This document shows, one piece after another, positions 52,037 to 62,354 of a stretch of 64,000 nucleotides of DNA. The position numbers and the translations under genes are program-made. The stretch is from a virus. Every line of letters begins with the position of its first letter. Within the stretch, counting starts at the first letter, position 1. Below the pieces are notes generated by a model. That model did not search any database. It was given only the letters and a program-made list of their open reading frames with translations, and had not been told where the DNA came from. The stretch spans positions 32,001 through 96,000 of IMG/VR virus record IMGVR_UViG_3300028392_001993; one strand, written 5' to 3'.

Positions 52037-52631
52037 GGTCACCTGGACGATGCCAAGTTGGTTGGATGTGTAGGTGTTTGTGATATAATTTTATATCCTG
52101 ATCTAGGAAGTTTTTTGCCAAATATCCGCGGGCTTCTGGGTATTGTAGTTTAAGGTCATCTAATTGCATTCTCATTGCCTTTTTGTCTTCACCTGCTGTC
52201 CACAGGCGCGGTATATCTTGTGTGATTTGAACTCCGTGTGCATCTAAGAAATTTTTCACTAGTTGTTCATATTTGTAATAACGTTGATCTATAATAAAAA
52301 AAGTAGTTCGATCTAGTATACTGGCAGGAATCATTTGACTAACACTATAACTGTGTTCATCAAACACCGCACTCACAAACAACTTGTTAACACTGGGATT
52401 GTCAAGCAATTCTCGTTGCTGAGTTCTACACAAATATTCCACCACTCCCATGGTATGTCGTTTTTGGGGGTCGCGCAACAATCCAAAAAACTTTAATTGT
52501 GCAAGGTCCACAGTGGGTTTGAATAGATCTTCTTTGATCCATCCTAGATTGTCAAACACATGCTGCCAAGTGGTACAGGCGTTTTTAGCAATAGATATCC
52601 AAGCAAGACGGTTGTTGTGATGAAAGTACAT
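52026..52631 (-). CDS. Sulfotransferase family 2-like protein
   Basis: WISIAKNACTT (PAPS 5'-site-like) and LRDP..R motifs; D..LY terminus. Confidence 0.55.
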   Translation of the reverse strand: MYFHHNNRLAWISIAKNACTTWQHVFDNLGWIKEDLFKPTVDLAQLKFFGLLRDPQKRHTMGVVEYLCRTQQRELLDNPSVNKLFVSAVFDEHSYSVSQMIPASILDRTTFFIIDQRYYKYEQLVKNFLDAHGVQITQDIPRLWTAGEDKKAMRMQLDDLKLQYPEARGYLAKNFLDQDIKLYHKHLHIQPTWHRPGDPKP

Positions 52632-52632
52632 G

Positions 52633-53925
52633 TTATTTCCACTCCTGATTTAACCAAGGAAACAGTGAGCGCCAGTCGGTTCCTCTGCGGCGATCTATTT
52701 CGTCAAGATAAGCAATTAGTCCTTGAATTTTATCTGTATCTCTGGGTGTGTTGGCCACTTGTTTGGCAATACCCGTCATGTGTTCGCGGGCACTGCGTTC
52801 GTGATGTGTGCGTTCGGGCATGGCCGTAATAATATTCTCAAAGTCTTGATCAAATACTCCTGAGCCAAATATAGCAGGATCTAGTATCAACGGCCAAGTG
52901 GTGGTCATGAAACTGTAGTATATCTGTTGATGTTCACGTCCGGTATTCCAGTCCCTCAAACGTTCCACTAGATCTCTGGTGCGTTTGACTGTGAGTGCGC
53001 TGATTGCACTATTGATACATTGTACCACCCAGGGCAAGGTCATAATGTATTCAAAGTTTGTTTGCCATTCTTTGAGATCAAGCCCCCAACGCACATATTC
53101 TTGTTCAGGCCCCCAAGCATCTAAACTGCTGGATATTTGTACCCCACGTATTTTCTTTTGTTCAACCATGCGACCCAGGCGTTCCATTGTGCGCTGTAGT
53201 CGAGCAGGAGGAACTTTTAGATTGGTAATAAAGTTAAATGTTACATCGGGGTTAGGATGTGTGTCCCAAAATTCCAGGCAAGCTTCTAGTTCAGGTTGAA
53301 AGAAAGGTTCCCCGCCGGCCACTTGAAACTGCTGTATTTGCAAGTAGCGATCTTGATCGTGCAGGTATTGCCAGAACTGCGCTAACATATGATCGTAGTT
53401 GGAATTCTTAGGGGTGATCTTTCCGAAACTGTAATGCTTGCTTTTGAATTCTCCAAAGCGGCGATCTTCTTCTTCCCATTTGCTGGAGAAATGATTGCCA
53501 CAGTACAAACAACTCATGTTACAGGTGTTGTTGAAGTATATCTCTAGTATTGTAGGAACAACTTCTAAGGCTGTGGGATTTGACAGCAATTCCACTGGTG
53601 TGCGCTGTTGATCATGTCCGGAATGTATTTGATACAGTCTATCGCTCATTCCCCCGGCCGCTTCAATCTTTTCACAGTATTGACATCCGCCTTGTGGCCA
53701 CTTGCCTTCAAGCATGAGTTCTCGTGCTGAAATCTTTTCGGGCAAGTTGTGAAAACTTGCAAAATTGTCCGGCGGAATTGTGTATTGATCAGTTCTATGA
53801 CAGCTGGCGCTTTTACCTTGTCCTAGATAGATGGTACTCCAAGACCATTTTAACAAACAGGCTGTGTCTGTTTTGATGGGGAAAAATTTTTGTATCATGA
53901 TGAAGCCCAGGGTAGGTTTGGCCAA
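52633..53925 (-). CDS. Radical SAM protein (twitch-like N-terminus)
   Basis: SCH...CQYC; CNMSCLYC..FSSKW; AGGEP; SSLD. Confidence 0.85.
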   Translation of the reverse strand: MAKPTLGFIMIQKFFPIKTDTACLLKWSWSTIYLGQGKSASCHRTDQYTIPPDNFASFHNLPEKISARELMLEGKWPQGGCQYCEKIEAAGGMSDRLYQIHSGHDQQRTPVELLSNPTALEVVPTILEIYFNNTCNMSCLYCGNHFSSKWEEEDRRFGEFKSKHYSFGKITPKNSNYDHMLAQFWQYLHDQDRYLQIQQFQVAGGEPFFQPELEACLEFWDTHPNPDVTFNFITNLKVPPARLQRTMERLGRMVEQKKIRGVQISSSLDAWGPEQEYVRWGLDLKEWQTNFEYIMTLPWVVQCINSAISALTVKRTRDLVERLRDWNTGREHQQIYYSFMTTTWPLILDPAIFGSGVFDQDFENIITAMPERTHHERSAREHMTGIAKQVANTPRDTDKIQGLIAYLDEIDRRRGTDWRSLFPWLNQEWK

Positions 53926-54668
53926 TTACGGCCATTAGTGTTTGGCAGGTCAAAGCCAAAACTATCAAAATCTATTTCTTTATATCCGGGTATGTAGTTG
54001 TCAACAGCATCTATTACAAGTCTAGCAAATGCCCCATTATTAGCCGCGGTAAAATGATTGTTTAGTTGCACAGGATCGTTTTTATTGATTTGGTGCAGAA
54101 TTTGTTGCTCGGATCCTTCGAGGCCGCCCATGACAATTTTCATCAGCGGAGTGGTGAATACCATACCCGATAATCCCCCAAGATCAGGTGCGCCATTACT
54201 TTCATCATACACAGTAAAATGTACGGTTTTAATTTTAGCAAATTTCTTATCTATTGACTGTATGTGCTGATCAAAAGCATATTGTTGAAAGTCTGCGTCG
54301 TATATGTGTTTAAAAAACAACTGATTGGCACGGCTTTCTTCAGAATTTGTCTGAGGCTGATTTATTGTTTGTTCTAGGTTGTCATTCCACCCGTTGTTTA
54401 TTCTTTGCATGGTTGTGTGACAAAACACAACGGCTTGAACTTGATCCCAGCGATGTATTAAATCGGCCACAGCCCGACTCCACGAATACCACCAACTGCG
54501 CCCGCCAAACCCGTAAACTTCCACATTGCCGTTGTAGTGTTTGATAACGTCTGACACCCAACTTGCTTGGTCAGATCGTAACCACCAGGTTTGATTATCA
54601 AACTTTGGCCGAGACAATCCTGGATGGTGGAAGTCAGCACAAAAACTATCCCCTATGATCACAATCAT
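53895..54668 (-). CDS. SGNH/GDSL-like protein
   Basis: IIGDSF start, NNHF near C-terminus. Confidence 0.5.
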   Translation of the reverse strand: MIVIIGDSFCADFHHPGLSRPKFDNQTWWLRSDQASWVSDVIKHYNGNVEVYGFGGRSWWYSWSRAVADLIHRWDQVQAVVFCHTTMQRINNGWNDNLEQTINQPQTNSEESRANQLFFKHIYDADFQQYAFDQHIQSIDKKFAKIKTVHFTVYDESNGAPDLGGLSGMVFTTPLMKIVMGGLEGSEQQILHQINKNDPVQLNNHFTAANNGAFARLVIDAVDNYIPGYKEIDFDSFGFDLPNTNGRNWPNLPWASS

Positions 54669-56147
54669 TTAACTACAAACCTCGACGCCATATAAGGCTT
54701 CAAAACGATCAGCATCAGCACGATCATTTACCATGGGCTCACCGCGTATGTTAAGACTGGTATTTAACAACATAGGGCATCCTGTCAACACATACCACTT
54801 CTCTAGCAGTTCTCTTATGCCCGATCCATCCCGCGCCACAGTTTGTACTCGGCTGGTGCCATCAACATGACATATAGCAGGAGTAAGGTCAGGCTGGCGA
54901 CACCTAGCGACTGACTGCATATAAGGACTATGATGCCAACCCACTGGCATATCAAAATAGTCATCAACCACCTCAGCCAATATGACCGGGGCAAAGGGTC
55001 TGAATTGTTGTCTACGTTTGATCGCATTTACTTTCTCCTTGATCTCGCTGCCTCTAGGGTCTGCAAAGAGGCTACGGTTTCCGAGTGCGCGGGGGCCGAA
55101 CTCGGCTCTTCCTGATGCCACTCCGACAATTTTGTCACTAAGAAGCCGGTCCAGTAACTGGTTAACAGGATAAACACCTGGAATGCAATGGCCGAGATAA
55201 CCGTCCCGCCAGTTAACTCTACGTCCAAGAGCCAAAGCGGCAGCACCGAGACTGCTACCAGCGTCACCGGGACAAGGCATAATCCATATTTTGTCAAAGT
55301 ATTCTCCTAACATACGGTTGGCTGTACAATTCAATGCAACCCCACCCATATATACCAGATTTTTGCTGAAACCCAGGTTTCTAGCACGAATCATCACTTG
55401 ACGAATAAGATCTTCTGCTACCAGTTGAGCGGCCGCCGCAATATTTTCATTGCTGGCGCCTACTAGGAAATCTGCGCTCATTCCTGTGTGGAAGTTATGT
55501 TTTAGTTGTATATCACGCTCACTAGCAATCACATGCTCACGCATGTCATGATACCATGTGTTGCGACCCCAGGCGGCCATGCCCATTGTGATGTATTCTT
55601 CGTCTAGTGGGTGTAGACCAATGCGGCCGGTGACTGCACTATAGAACAACCCAATGCTGTGCGGATAAACCTGTCTCCATAATCTCTTATACTGCGCCTG
55701 ACCTTTGCGATCATATTCTGCACCCCATATTGATATTGTGTCCCATTCGCCTATTGCGTCTATTACCACCACTGTGGCACGTTCGAATGGGCTGGTTTGA
55801 AAGCCCCCTGCCGCATGACTCAGATGATGATTGTAACTGTGTATCTGCTCAGGTTCAATTTGACCACCCAACTGTTTTTTTAATATCTGCCCTGTGGTAA
55901 GTTTATCCCATTCAATACCTTGGCCTGCGTACCATTGCCTGAATTGTTTGTTCCAAGGACGTTCATAATAGGCCACAATCTCTGGGCCATATTCTGCGAC
56001 TTCGTCTAGCAAACCCTGACAAAAGTCAGCATCATTTTTCTTTTTCGAGTATCGCTCGCTATGACCAGCAAAAAGGATCTCCCCGTCAGGAGAAAGTACT
56101 GTGGCAGCCGCATCGTGAAACCCAGCTGAGATACCTAGGATATTCAT
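54669..56147 (-). CDS. Carbamoyltransferase (NodU/CmcH/TobZ family)
   Basis: FHDAAA, HHLSHA, DAIGE, GGVALNC, PGDAG, EFGPRALGNRS, HVDGTSR, LNTSLN. Confidence 0.93.
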   Translation of the reverse strand: MNILGISAGFHDAAATVLSPDGEILFAGHSERYSKKKNDADFCQGLLDEVAEYGPEIVAYYERPWNKQFRQWYAGQGIEWDKLTTGQILKKQLGGQIEPEQIHSYNHHLSHAAGGFQTSPFERATVVVIDAIGEWDTISIWGAEYDRKGQAQYKRLWRQVYPHSIGLFYSAVTGRIGLHPLDEEYITMGMAAWGRNTWYHDMREHVIASERDIQLKHNFHTGMSADFLVGASNENIAAAAQLVAEDLIRQVMIRARNLGFSKNLVYMGGVALNCTANRMLGEYFDKIWIMPCPGDAGSSLGAAALALGRRVNWRDGYLGHCIPGVYPVNQLLDRLLSDKIVGVASGRAEFGPRALGNRSLFADPRGSEIKEKVNAIKRRQQFRPFAPVILAEVVDDYFDMPVGWHHSPYMQSVARCRQPDLTPAICHVDGTSRVQTVARDGSGIRELLEKWYVLTGCPMLLNTSLNIRGEPMVNDRADADRFEALYGVEVCS

Positions 56148-56241
56148 TTATAGATAAATGGATCTCGTTTGCGTAGTTCTCGTAGTTTCTTACGATAGCG
56201 TATTTCTAGAGTGATTCTTGACCAAAATCGTTTAATCCAGT

Positions 56242-57279
56242 TCATTTTAATGCCTTTATCTGTTGTTCTATATAGTCTGGATCGCTCCAGCAATAGGGAT
56301 ATTCTGCTTGTGCAGTACCGGTACGTATGGCTGCAACGTCTAGGTGTTGAGCTAGTTGTGCCCAGATGGCTTGGTAGTCTTCTGTACCAAATGACCTTTG
56401 TAAATCAACTTGCCCGACCTGAGGGTGGCCGATTGTAAGACTTGGTTCAGTTGGGTCGAATCCATTCCGTTCAAGCCATTCTCGAAATTCTGCCAGTTGC
56501 TGGATTTGCCAATGGTATGCGCCGGGATCACGGGCCCATTCAATATCAAAGTCGCCAGCCGCTTGACTCTGTGAGCGTAGCCCAGTCGTACGTAATTCGG
56601 CGACCCTGGAGTCCTTGCCTTCATCTTGAAATACCTCCCAGTGATGCTTGCCCACTGCTTTATTTACGCCCACATATACACCGCCTAGTTTTCTGTTGAT
56701 TGTTTCTATACCAAATAGTTCAAGGTCAGCGTCTTCTAGTTCATATCGTGGCGCCTGTAGCCAACACATCAATTGTGATGGTCTGCGCCATTCTGGTGCT
56801 TGTTTAACCTTGCGCATACTTAACACAAGGCTTTCTAGTTCGTGACACAGCAAGTTTAACTGACGTATGTGCCATCGTGTAACATCATCTGCGGCATCAT
56901 AATGCGGGCTCATTGCGCCTGCTGTGCCCTGCAGGTCTTCAAAGTAACGATGCAACAGATTCATTCGATCGTGATTGATATCTAGATCTGCTTGTATTAC
57001 ATTAGCAGGTGAGAAGAAGTCTTGTATACGATAATCTAATGTACTGGAATTAATTGCATTGATTGATCTATTGATCTGTGTACACAAATAATCTGCCGTT
57101 CTAGTGCTTTCTGTCCAGCCCAGCCAACAGTAGTTTTTTTCTAAATGTAGTCCGGTACGGATGATGTCATTTAATGCAGCCAACCATTTACGACTTAAAC
57201 TGTTATCGTCTATGTCTATGTGTACAGTTAAGATTTCTCGATCTGCCCCGCGCAGATCTATTTCTATTGAATCAAGCAA
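56242..57279 (-). CDS. Hypothetical protein
   Basis: 345-aa ORF co-oriented with and overlapping the radical SAM run. Confidence 0.75.
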   Translation of the reverse strand: MLDSIEIDLRGADREILTVHIDIDDNSLSRKWLAALNDIIRTGLHLEKNYCWLGWTESTRTADYLCTQINRSINAINSSTLDYRIQDFFSPANVIQADLDINHDRMNLLHRYFEDLQGTAGAMSPHYDAADDVTRWHIRQLNLLCHELESLVLSMRKVKQAPEWRRPSQLMCWLQAPRYELEDADLELFGIETINRKLGGVYVGVNKAVGKHHWEVFQDEGKDSRVAELRTTGLRSQSQAAGDFDIEWARDPGAYHWQIQQLAEFREWLERNGFDPTEPSLTIGHPQVGQVDLQRSFGTEDYQAIWAQLAQHLDVAAIRTGTAQAEYPYCWSDPDYIEQQIKALK

Positions 57280-58567
57280 TTTGCATCCACCATTTTAATA
57301 CATCTGGACAGCCGCCCAGGATATCTGTCATTGTCACACTCTGTGTTCTTATGCGTTCTAATTGTAACACACGAGCCTTGCCTCGCACAAGCCCTGCTTG
57401 ATACGTGTCCGGCCATTGTTGTTCAAACGTAGGTCGGTTCTTTAATTGTAACAGTACATCACGCATTGCGCCTGCGGAGCGGCCTGCTAACTCGTCAACC
57501 CATGGATCTAATAGGTGTCTAGGCAATGCTAAAGGACTCATTACAATATCTGGTGAGAAACTGAATATAACTTTGGCCAGCATTTCCACACCCAATTCAG
57601 CGGCCAACTCATTCATTCGATCCACTTCAGTCATGCCCGGCAGTGTCAGCGTGAAATCCAGGCGCATTTGGCGTGGATTTGTTGCTATCTCAAGGCCCTG
57701 CCGGAAGTTGTCTAAAAATAATGGATAGGAAAGACCTGTACGGATGTATTCTCCTGTGGCACCTGTTCCGTCGATGCTGGCGCAGATCTGCCAGTCTCGA
57801 ATATTTGATAAAATGTCACGGTATAGATTACTACCACGGTAATCCACCCGGCTAAGATTAGTATTGTATCTAGCATATAATTTGTCTCCATCTCCTAGTT
57901 CTATAATTCTTTTCATATACCGCCAATGCTGTTCATACATTAAAGGCTCGCCGCCTACCCAGTATATTTCTTCTACCAGGTGTTGTTCCACAGCATGACT
58001 GAATTCGGCTTCAACCTGGTCTTGCTGGAATGATTGTATTGCTCCGCGTATATCAGTTCGCATCCAATTGTTTTTAGGATTAGTCCAGTCAACCATGTTG
58101 TTAGACTTTTGTTCACTCTCCCAACTGGAGGATAGCATGTCTCCGCAGGTACGGCATTTAAAGTTACACAGGTTGCTGAACCTATAATCCCATGAAACAG
58201 GGCGCATATGAGTCGATCCATCTGGGTCAGTGCTATCCCATACTTGATCAAGTCTGTCTCCGAACAGGTGCCAAAAATAATCGCGGTATACGGATACATT
58301 GAGTAGTTTTTCATTACAAACCTCACATTCTGCTAGTGTTTCTCCTGCCATCATTCTACGGCGCACACTCTTCATATGCTCCGAATTCCAGTGCTGTTCT
58401 AGTGTTACAGGAATGTATCGGCCTGTGCCTGCTGACGTATCTATATATTGTTCAAAATTCTGTGCAGGCTCACGACTTGCACAGCACATTCTGCGTTCGG
58501 TCTGCGGGCTTAGATATGTATGCACCCAGGGTGCCATGCACAAGGTGTCAGGTTTTGACATATTCAA
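57272..58567 (-). CDS. Radical SAM protein (twitch-like N-terminus)
   Basis: C..PW, MCC, CEVC; CNFKCRTC..SSSW; GGEP; SIDG. Confidence 0.88.
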   Translation of the reverse strand: MNMSKPDTLCMAPWVHTYLSPQTERRMCCASREPAQNFEQYIDTSAGTGRYIPVTLEQHWNSEHMKSVRRRMMAGETLAECEVCNEKLLNVSVYRDYFWHLFGDRLDQVWDSTDPDGSTHMRPVSWDYRFSNLCNFKCRTCGDMLSSSWESEQKSNNMVDWTNPKNNWMRTDIRGAIQSFQQDQVEAEFSHAVEQHLVEEIYWVGGEPLMYEQHWRYMKRIIELGDGDKLYARYNTNLSRVDYRGSNLYRDILSNIRDWQICASIDGTGATGEYIRTGLSYPLFLDNFRQGLEIATNPRQMRLDFTLTLPGMTEVDRMNELAAELGVEMLAKVIFSFSPDIVMSPLALPRHLLDPWVDELAGRSAGAMRDVLLQLKNRPTFEQQWPDTYQAGLVRGKARVLQLERIRTQSVTMTDILGGCPDVLKWWMQIA

Positions 58568-59759
58568 TCAAGGCCGCAAATTCAGGTGCTACAAGTGCTA
58601 AATTCTGGTCACGTTTGCGATCCAGGTCGGCTATTTTCATTCTGGTCATAAAGCCATCAGTTGACGCACCACGCATCATAAAGTCTCGAATACGATCAAA
58701 CTCCGATCTGTAAATGGTATCTACAGAATCCAAGTATTCTGCAATGGCCTTTTTAGCCCCATCGGGCAAGCACCCAATTGAGAAATACCAAGCATCGTGC
58801 ATCATATTCCAGTACACAAAGTTAAATGATTCCCGATTCTTTTCCAACCAGGCAGCAATGTCACCTAGATAACGCACATTAAAGATGTTCACAGTGGTGC
58901 ATACTTGCAGTTCAATATTGGAATAGATCTCTTTTAAATCTCTGAATCGATCTAGGTTAGCACACACATCTGTCCACACAGCATTTGAACGTTGATATTC
59001 AAATCTCTCACCCACGTCGTCTAGACTGAATGCTATTTCTACTGTTTTAAAATGCTTCCATATGGCCTCTGCTGCCTCTGGATACTGTGTGCCATTTGTA
59101 TTATAATGTATTTCCACCTGCGGTGCAATACCGCGATCCACAATGCCCTGCAACATGTCAAAGTGTTCCTCAATCATAAAAGGCTCGCCACCGGTGAATT
59201 CTATATAGCGTATGTCATTTACGACCGAGTCAATTTGATCCCAGAATTGAGGATTGTCCCTGGGCCATGCGCCGGCCCGTAGCATTGTGTAAGCGTGTGA
59301 CTTTTTCTGTTCTTCACGCGGCAGCACAGCAATTTCTTCTGCGGCAAATTGACTTGAGCTCCAGGATCCGCATATACGGCATTTGAGATTGCATATATTG
59401 CCCAGCTTGAGATCCAGGAACATCAAGGGCTTGGCATCAGCAGTCCATTCACTTGAGATGCCCATGTGTTTGAGTCTGTCTAGTGTGTGCATGCGTTTGC
59501 TTGTGCGACCCGCACGTTCTTCGTTCCAGCATTTGCGGCATGTTTGTGGTTGTTCACCCGCCAAGAACTGCTGACGCAAACTGCGCATGTGATCACTGTT
59601 TTGTATGTCTTGAAAGCGGGCTGTGCTTAACTCAAACTTGCGGCCGCCATTGTCTACAATTTCGTCGTCGGCCAGACAGCACGGGCGCACAGTACCAATG
59701 GGCGATGCTTCTAGGCTGATCCAAGGTAACACACAAAATTTAGGGTGTGGTAAATTCAT
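58548..59759 (-). CDS. Radical SAM protein (twitch-like N-terminus)
   Basis: CVLPW, PCC, CRKC; CNLKCRIC..SSSQF; TGGEP; SLDD. Confidence 0.88.
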   Translation of the reverse strand: MNLPHPKFCVLPWISLEASPIGTVRPCCLADDEIVDNGGRKFELSTARFQDIQNSDHMRSLRQQFLAGEQPQTCRKCWNEERAGRTSKRMHTLDRLKHMGISSEWTADAKPLMFLDLKLGNICNLKCRICGSWSSSQFAAEEIAVLPREEQKKSHAYTMLRAGAWPRDNPQFWDQIDSVVNDIRYIEFTGGEPFMIEEHFDMLQGIVDRGIAPQVEIHYNTNGTQYPEAAEAIWKHFKTVEIAFSLDDVGERFEYQRSNAVWTDVCANLDRFRDLKEIYSNIELQVCTTVNIFNVRYLGDIAAWLEKNRESFNFVYWNMMHDAWYFSIGCLPDGAKKAIAEYLDSVDTIYRSEFDRIRDFMMRGASTDGFMTRMKIADLDRKRDQNLALVAPEFAALIEYVKT

Positions 59760-61018
59760 TTTAATGCTGCCAATTCAGGTAATGCGTGTTGCCATGATTC
59801 ATTTCTGATGTCATCCAATTCATGTGTTCGGCGCCAGAACGAGTCTATTAACTGTGTGTTATCTGTAGCGTTCATAAAGGCAATGGCGCTCCGAAATCCT
59901 TGTGTGGCACGGCCTAGCGGATCTCTGTCGCTCATCCACGACAAGTGCCGGAGATACTTGTCTTCCAGGCGTTGTTTGTATTCAGCCGGAGCAATGTCTA
60001 TACGATAGTGCGGGGGATCCTGCAGGATGTTTACATTTAAATCCTGTGCGCGAATTAATCCTGCGGCTGTCCATTCCCGGTGAAAGTCCGGCAGGTGCCA
60101 GGCATTTAATATGCTGAGTGTGGGTGAGATATAAAAGTCCACGTCAGGACATGTGGCAATCATTTGGTGGCGGTTTTTGACCACGTCGTACCATCGAGTA
60201 CCTTTGCGTATGTATTCAGCAGGGTGTCCCATGCCGTCCAAACTGGCACCCACTGCCACACTATCAAATTGCCGCCAGTATTCAAATACTGACCGTCCTT
60301 TTAGGTCTGTGTGTGTGAAGTTTGTGTTGTAGATTAATCGTACATCAAAGCGTTTGCGCCGCACTAGTTCTTCTAGGATGTTATAGTGCTCTTCCATCAG
60401 CAAAGGCTCGCCTCCGGCAAAGTAGATCTGCTCTACATAATCCAGGTGCGGCTCAAGTTGAGTCCACATGTCTGTCTCTGTGCGGCCTGCATAGTTAAGA
60501 ACTGTATTGCGATCCTTCCATTCTGGACCTGCTAGTCGTGCTTGATCTTGATACCACTGGCTTGAAAAGATATGCCCGCATGAGCGACATTTTAAATTGC
60601 AGAGATTTGAAAAACGAATATCCCAGTAGGTCATTTCAAATGGGTTTGAATCCAGTTTCTTTACGTGATGCCCGTGATGTTTGTTTGCCGATCGTCGGCC
60701 ACTAAAGAATCCTGACTGTTCCTGTTCATAGCAACGTGTACAGGCGGCATGTGGTGTTTCACTCAGCATGCTTTCACGTAGTTGTTGCATGGGCTGGTCG
60801 CGCCATATTTCCGCCAGAGTGTTGGTTCTACAATTGCCCACAACGCCGGGTTTCATTTCAGCATGACAACAAGGATATGCTTCGCCCGTGGGATATGCGT
60901 GTAAATGAATCCAGGGATAGATACAGAATGTTTTAGAATCTTCTAGTAAGAAACGCTCACGTTCAGTGAGTTCTGTGGCTCGCACTAGATCTGTGCTGTT
61001 ATATTTGTAATTACTCAT
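59756..61018 (-). CDS. Radical SAM protein (twitch-like N-terminus)
   Basis: CIYPW, PCC, CTRC; CNLKCRSC..FSSQW; AGGEP; SLDG. Confidence 0.88.
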   Translation of the reverse strand: MSNYKYNSTDLVRATELTERERFLLEDSKTFCIYPWIHLHAYPTGEAYPCCHAEMKPGVVGNCRTNTLAEIWRDQPMQQLRESMLSETPHAACTRCYEQEQSGFFSGRRSANKHHGHHVKKLDSNPFEMTYWDIRFSNLCNLKCRSCGHIFSSQWYQDQARLAGPEWKDRNTVLNYAGRTETDMWTQLEPHLDYVEQIYFAGGEPLLMEEHYNILEELVRRKRFDVRLIYNTNFTHTDLKGRSVFEYWRQFDSVAVGASLDGMGHPAEYIRKGTRWYDVVKNRHQMIATCPDVDFYISPTLSILNAWHLPDFHREWTAAGLIRAQDLNVNILQDPPHYRIDIAPAEYKQRLEDKYLRHLSWMSDRDPLGRATQGFRSAIAFMNATDNTQLIDSFWRRTHELDDIRNESWQHALPELAALK

Positions 61019-61727
61019 AAAGGTCTGACCAATGTTGTAAAATCATTTTTTCTAAATTAGCATTTGAATTAGTATCAAACACAGCCGGAGTTAGCAAAAC
61101 AAATTCTGGAAATTGTACAAGAAATTTAGTAAGATGGTAATGAAGTTCGGAATCTTCTTCATGTGGATCGGCTCTAAACATTACAAACTTGCTGTCCGAG
61201 TCTCGGCATTTTCTAACTATTTCATTTACATAGTTTGTAAAATTATAAAAATCATCATCAGAAATTTGGCTTAGTTGTAATACTACATTTTTTTTTGTTA
61301 AATTATTGCACATTACTTGTTGATACAAGTTTTGATTATTTTTGACTCTTACAACTGAACTATCAGTATCTGTTGGTTTGAAGTATGTAACTATATAGCA
61401 CCAAGGTCTGTCAGACTGAATTATTACCTGCTGTCGATGCTTCAAAAACAAACAGGTGTTCATTGACTGATAATATGAATCTACATCTAGATAACTTAGT
61501 GGATGTTGGTCTAGCAATACAATCAAATCAAAACTTTTGCATACTGCTCTTAGATAATCTACACTTATTGTTCCAATATCTGTGTAATAGCATCCGAATT
61601 GAATATCTGTGTTTTGTTCAGTCAATAGGCCGTTTAATTCAGTTGAGTACTGCCTGGCTACCTGTTCTGACAGAGTTATTGTGTCCATTGAACTATTACC
61701 CAAACAAAGTATTTTTATTTTTTCCAT
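61011..61727 (-). CDS. Hypothetical protein (AT-rich)
   Basis: 238-aa ORF coupled to neighbours. Confidence 0.65.
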   Translation of the reverse strand: MEKIKILCLGNSSMDTITLSEQVARQYSTELNGLLTEQNTDIQFGCYYTDIGTISVDYLRAVCKSFDLIVLLDQHPLSYLDVDSYYQSMNTCLFLKHRQQVIIQSDRPWCYIVTYFKPTDTDSSVVRVKNNQNLYQQVMCNNLTKKNVVLQLSQISDDDFYNFTNYVNEIVRKCRDSDSKFVMFRADPHEEDSELHYHLTKFLVQFPEFVLLTPAVFDTNSNANLEKMILQHWSDLYE

Positions 61728-62347
61728 GTCATTGAACTTTGTTTAAACCAAAGTCTCCATAAATCGTCGACCAAATTTAGGTCTAATTCCAGATCTAATT
61801 CTAGGTCTAATTTTGCAATTTGATTTAAGTATTGCGTCCTATCAAAGAAGCTGTCAAAAGGAACTGTCAATGAAATATCTTTAAGCATATTGGATATTTC
61901 TGTCAGACATTGATATTCATTATCAAAATCAAGACTATACACTTTGGTTGCTCGATTTTTTAATAAAAATTCCTTGTGCTCTGGGCCAACCTCAATCAAA
62001 ATAACTTTTTCATAGAACTTTTTGCCCCACAATATTTTTTGCGTGTAGTGAGAGTAAAATTCCAATGGATGCCAATTGTCAATTGTCCACAATTCACAAT
62101 CTTCATAATGATAAAAATCAATTGCACCGATGGTGTAACTCAAACGATCTTTTCTTTCTGCTTTTTTCCAGTCTGTGCTGTCCCAGGTCATGTAGCGATT
62201 AAATTTTTCTTGTGCAGTTAATTTTTTTTTATACTCGTCGAGATCTTGTCCTCTAGTGCCTGTAATTGTTTTTTCACTCAATGTCAATGTTTTATACAAC
62301 ATGCTTCCTGCTGACCCTGGCAAATAGATTATGGTTGCTTTTAACAT
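61715..62347 (-). CDS. Hypothetical protein, weak sulfotransferase/P-loop-like start
   Basis: IIYLPGSAGSML N-terminal motif. Confidence 0.45.
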   Translation of the reverse strand: MLKATIIYLPGSAGSMLYKTLTLSEKTITGTRGQDLDEYKKKLTAQEKFNRYMTWDSTDWKKAERKDRLSYTIGAIDFYHYEDCELWTIDNWHPLEFYSHYTQKILWGKKFYEKVILIEVGPEHKEFLLKNRATKVYSLDFDNEYQCLTEISNMLKDISLTVPFDSFFDRTQYLNQIAKLDLELDLELDLNLVDDLWRLWFKQSSMTWKK

Positions 62348-62354
62348 ATGGTTT

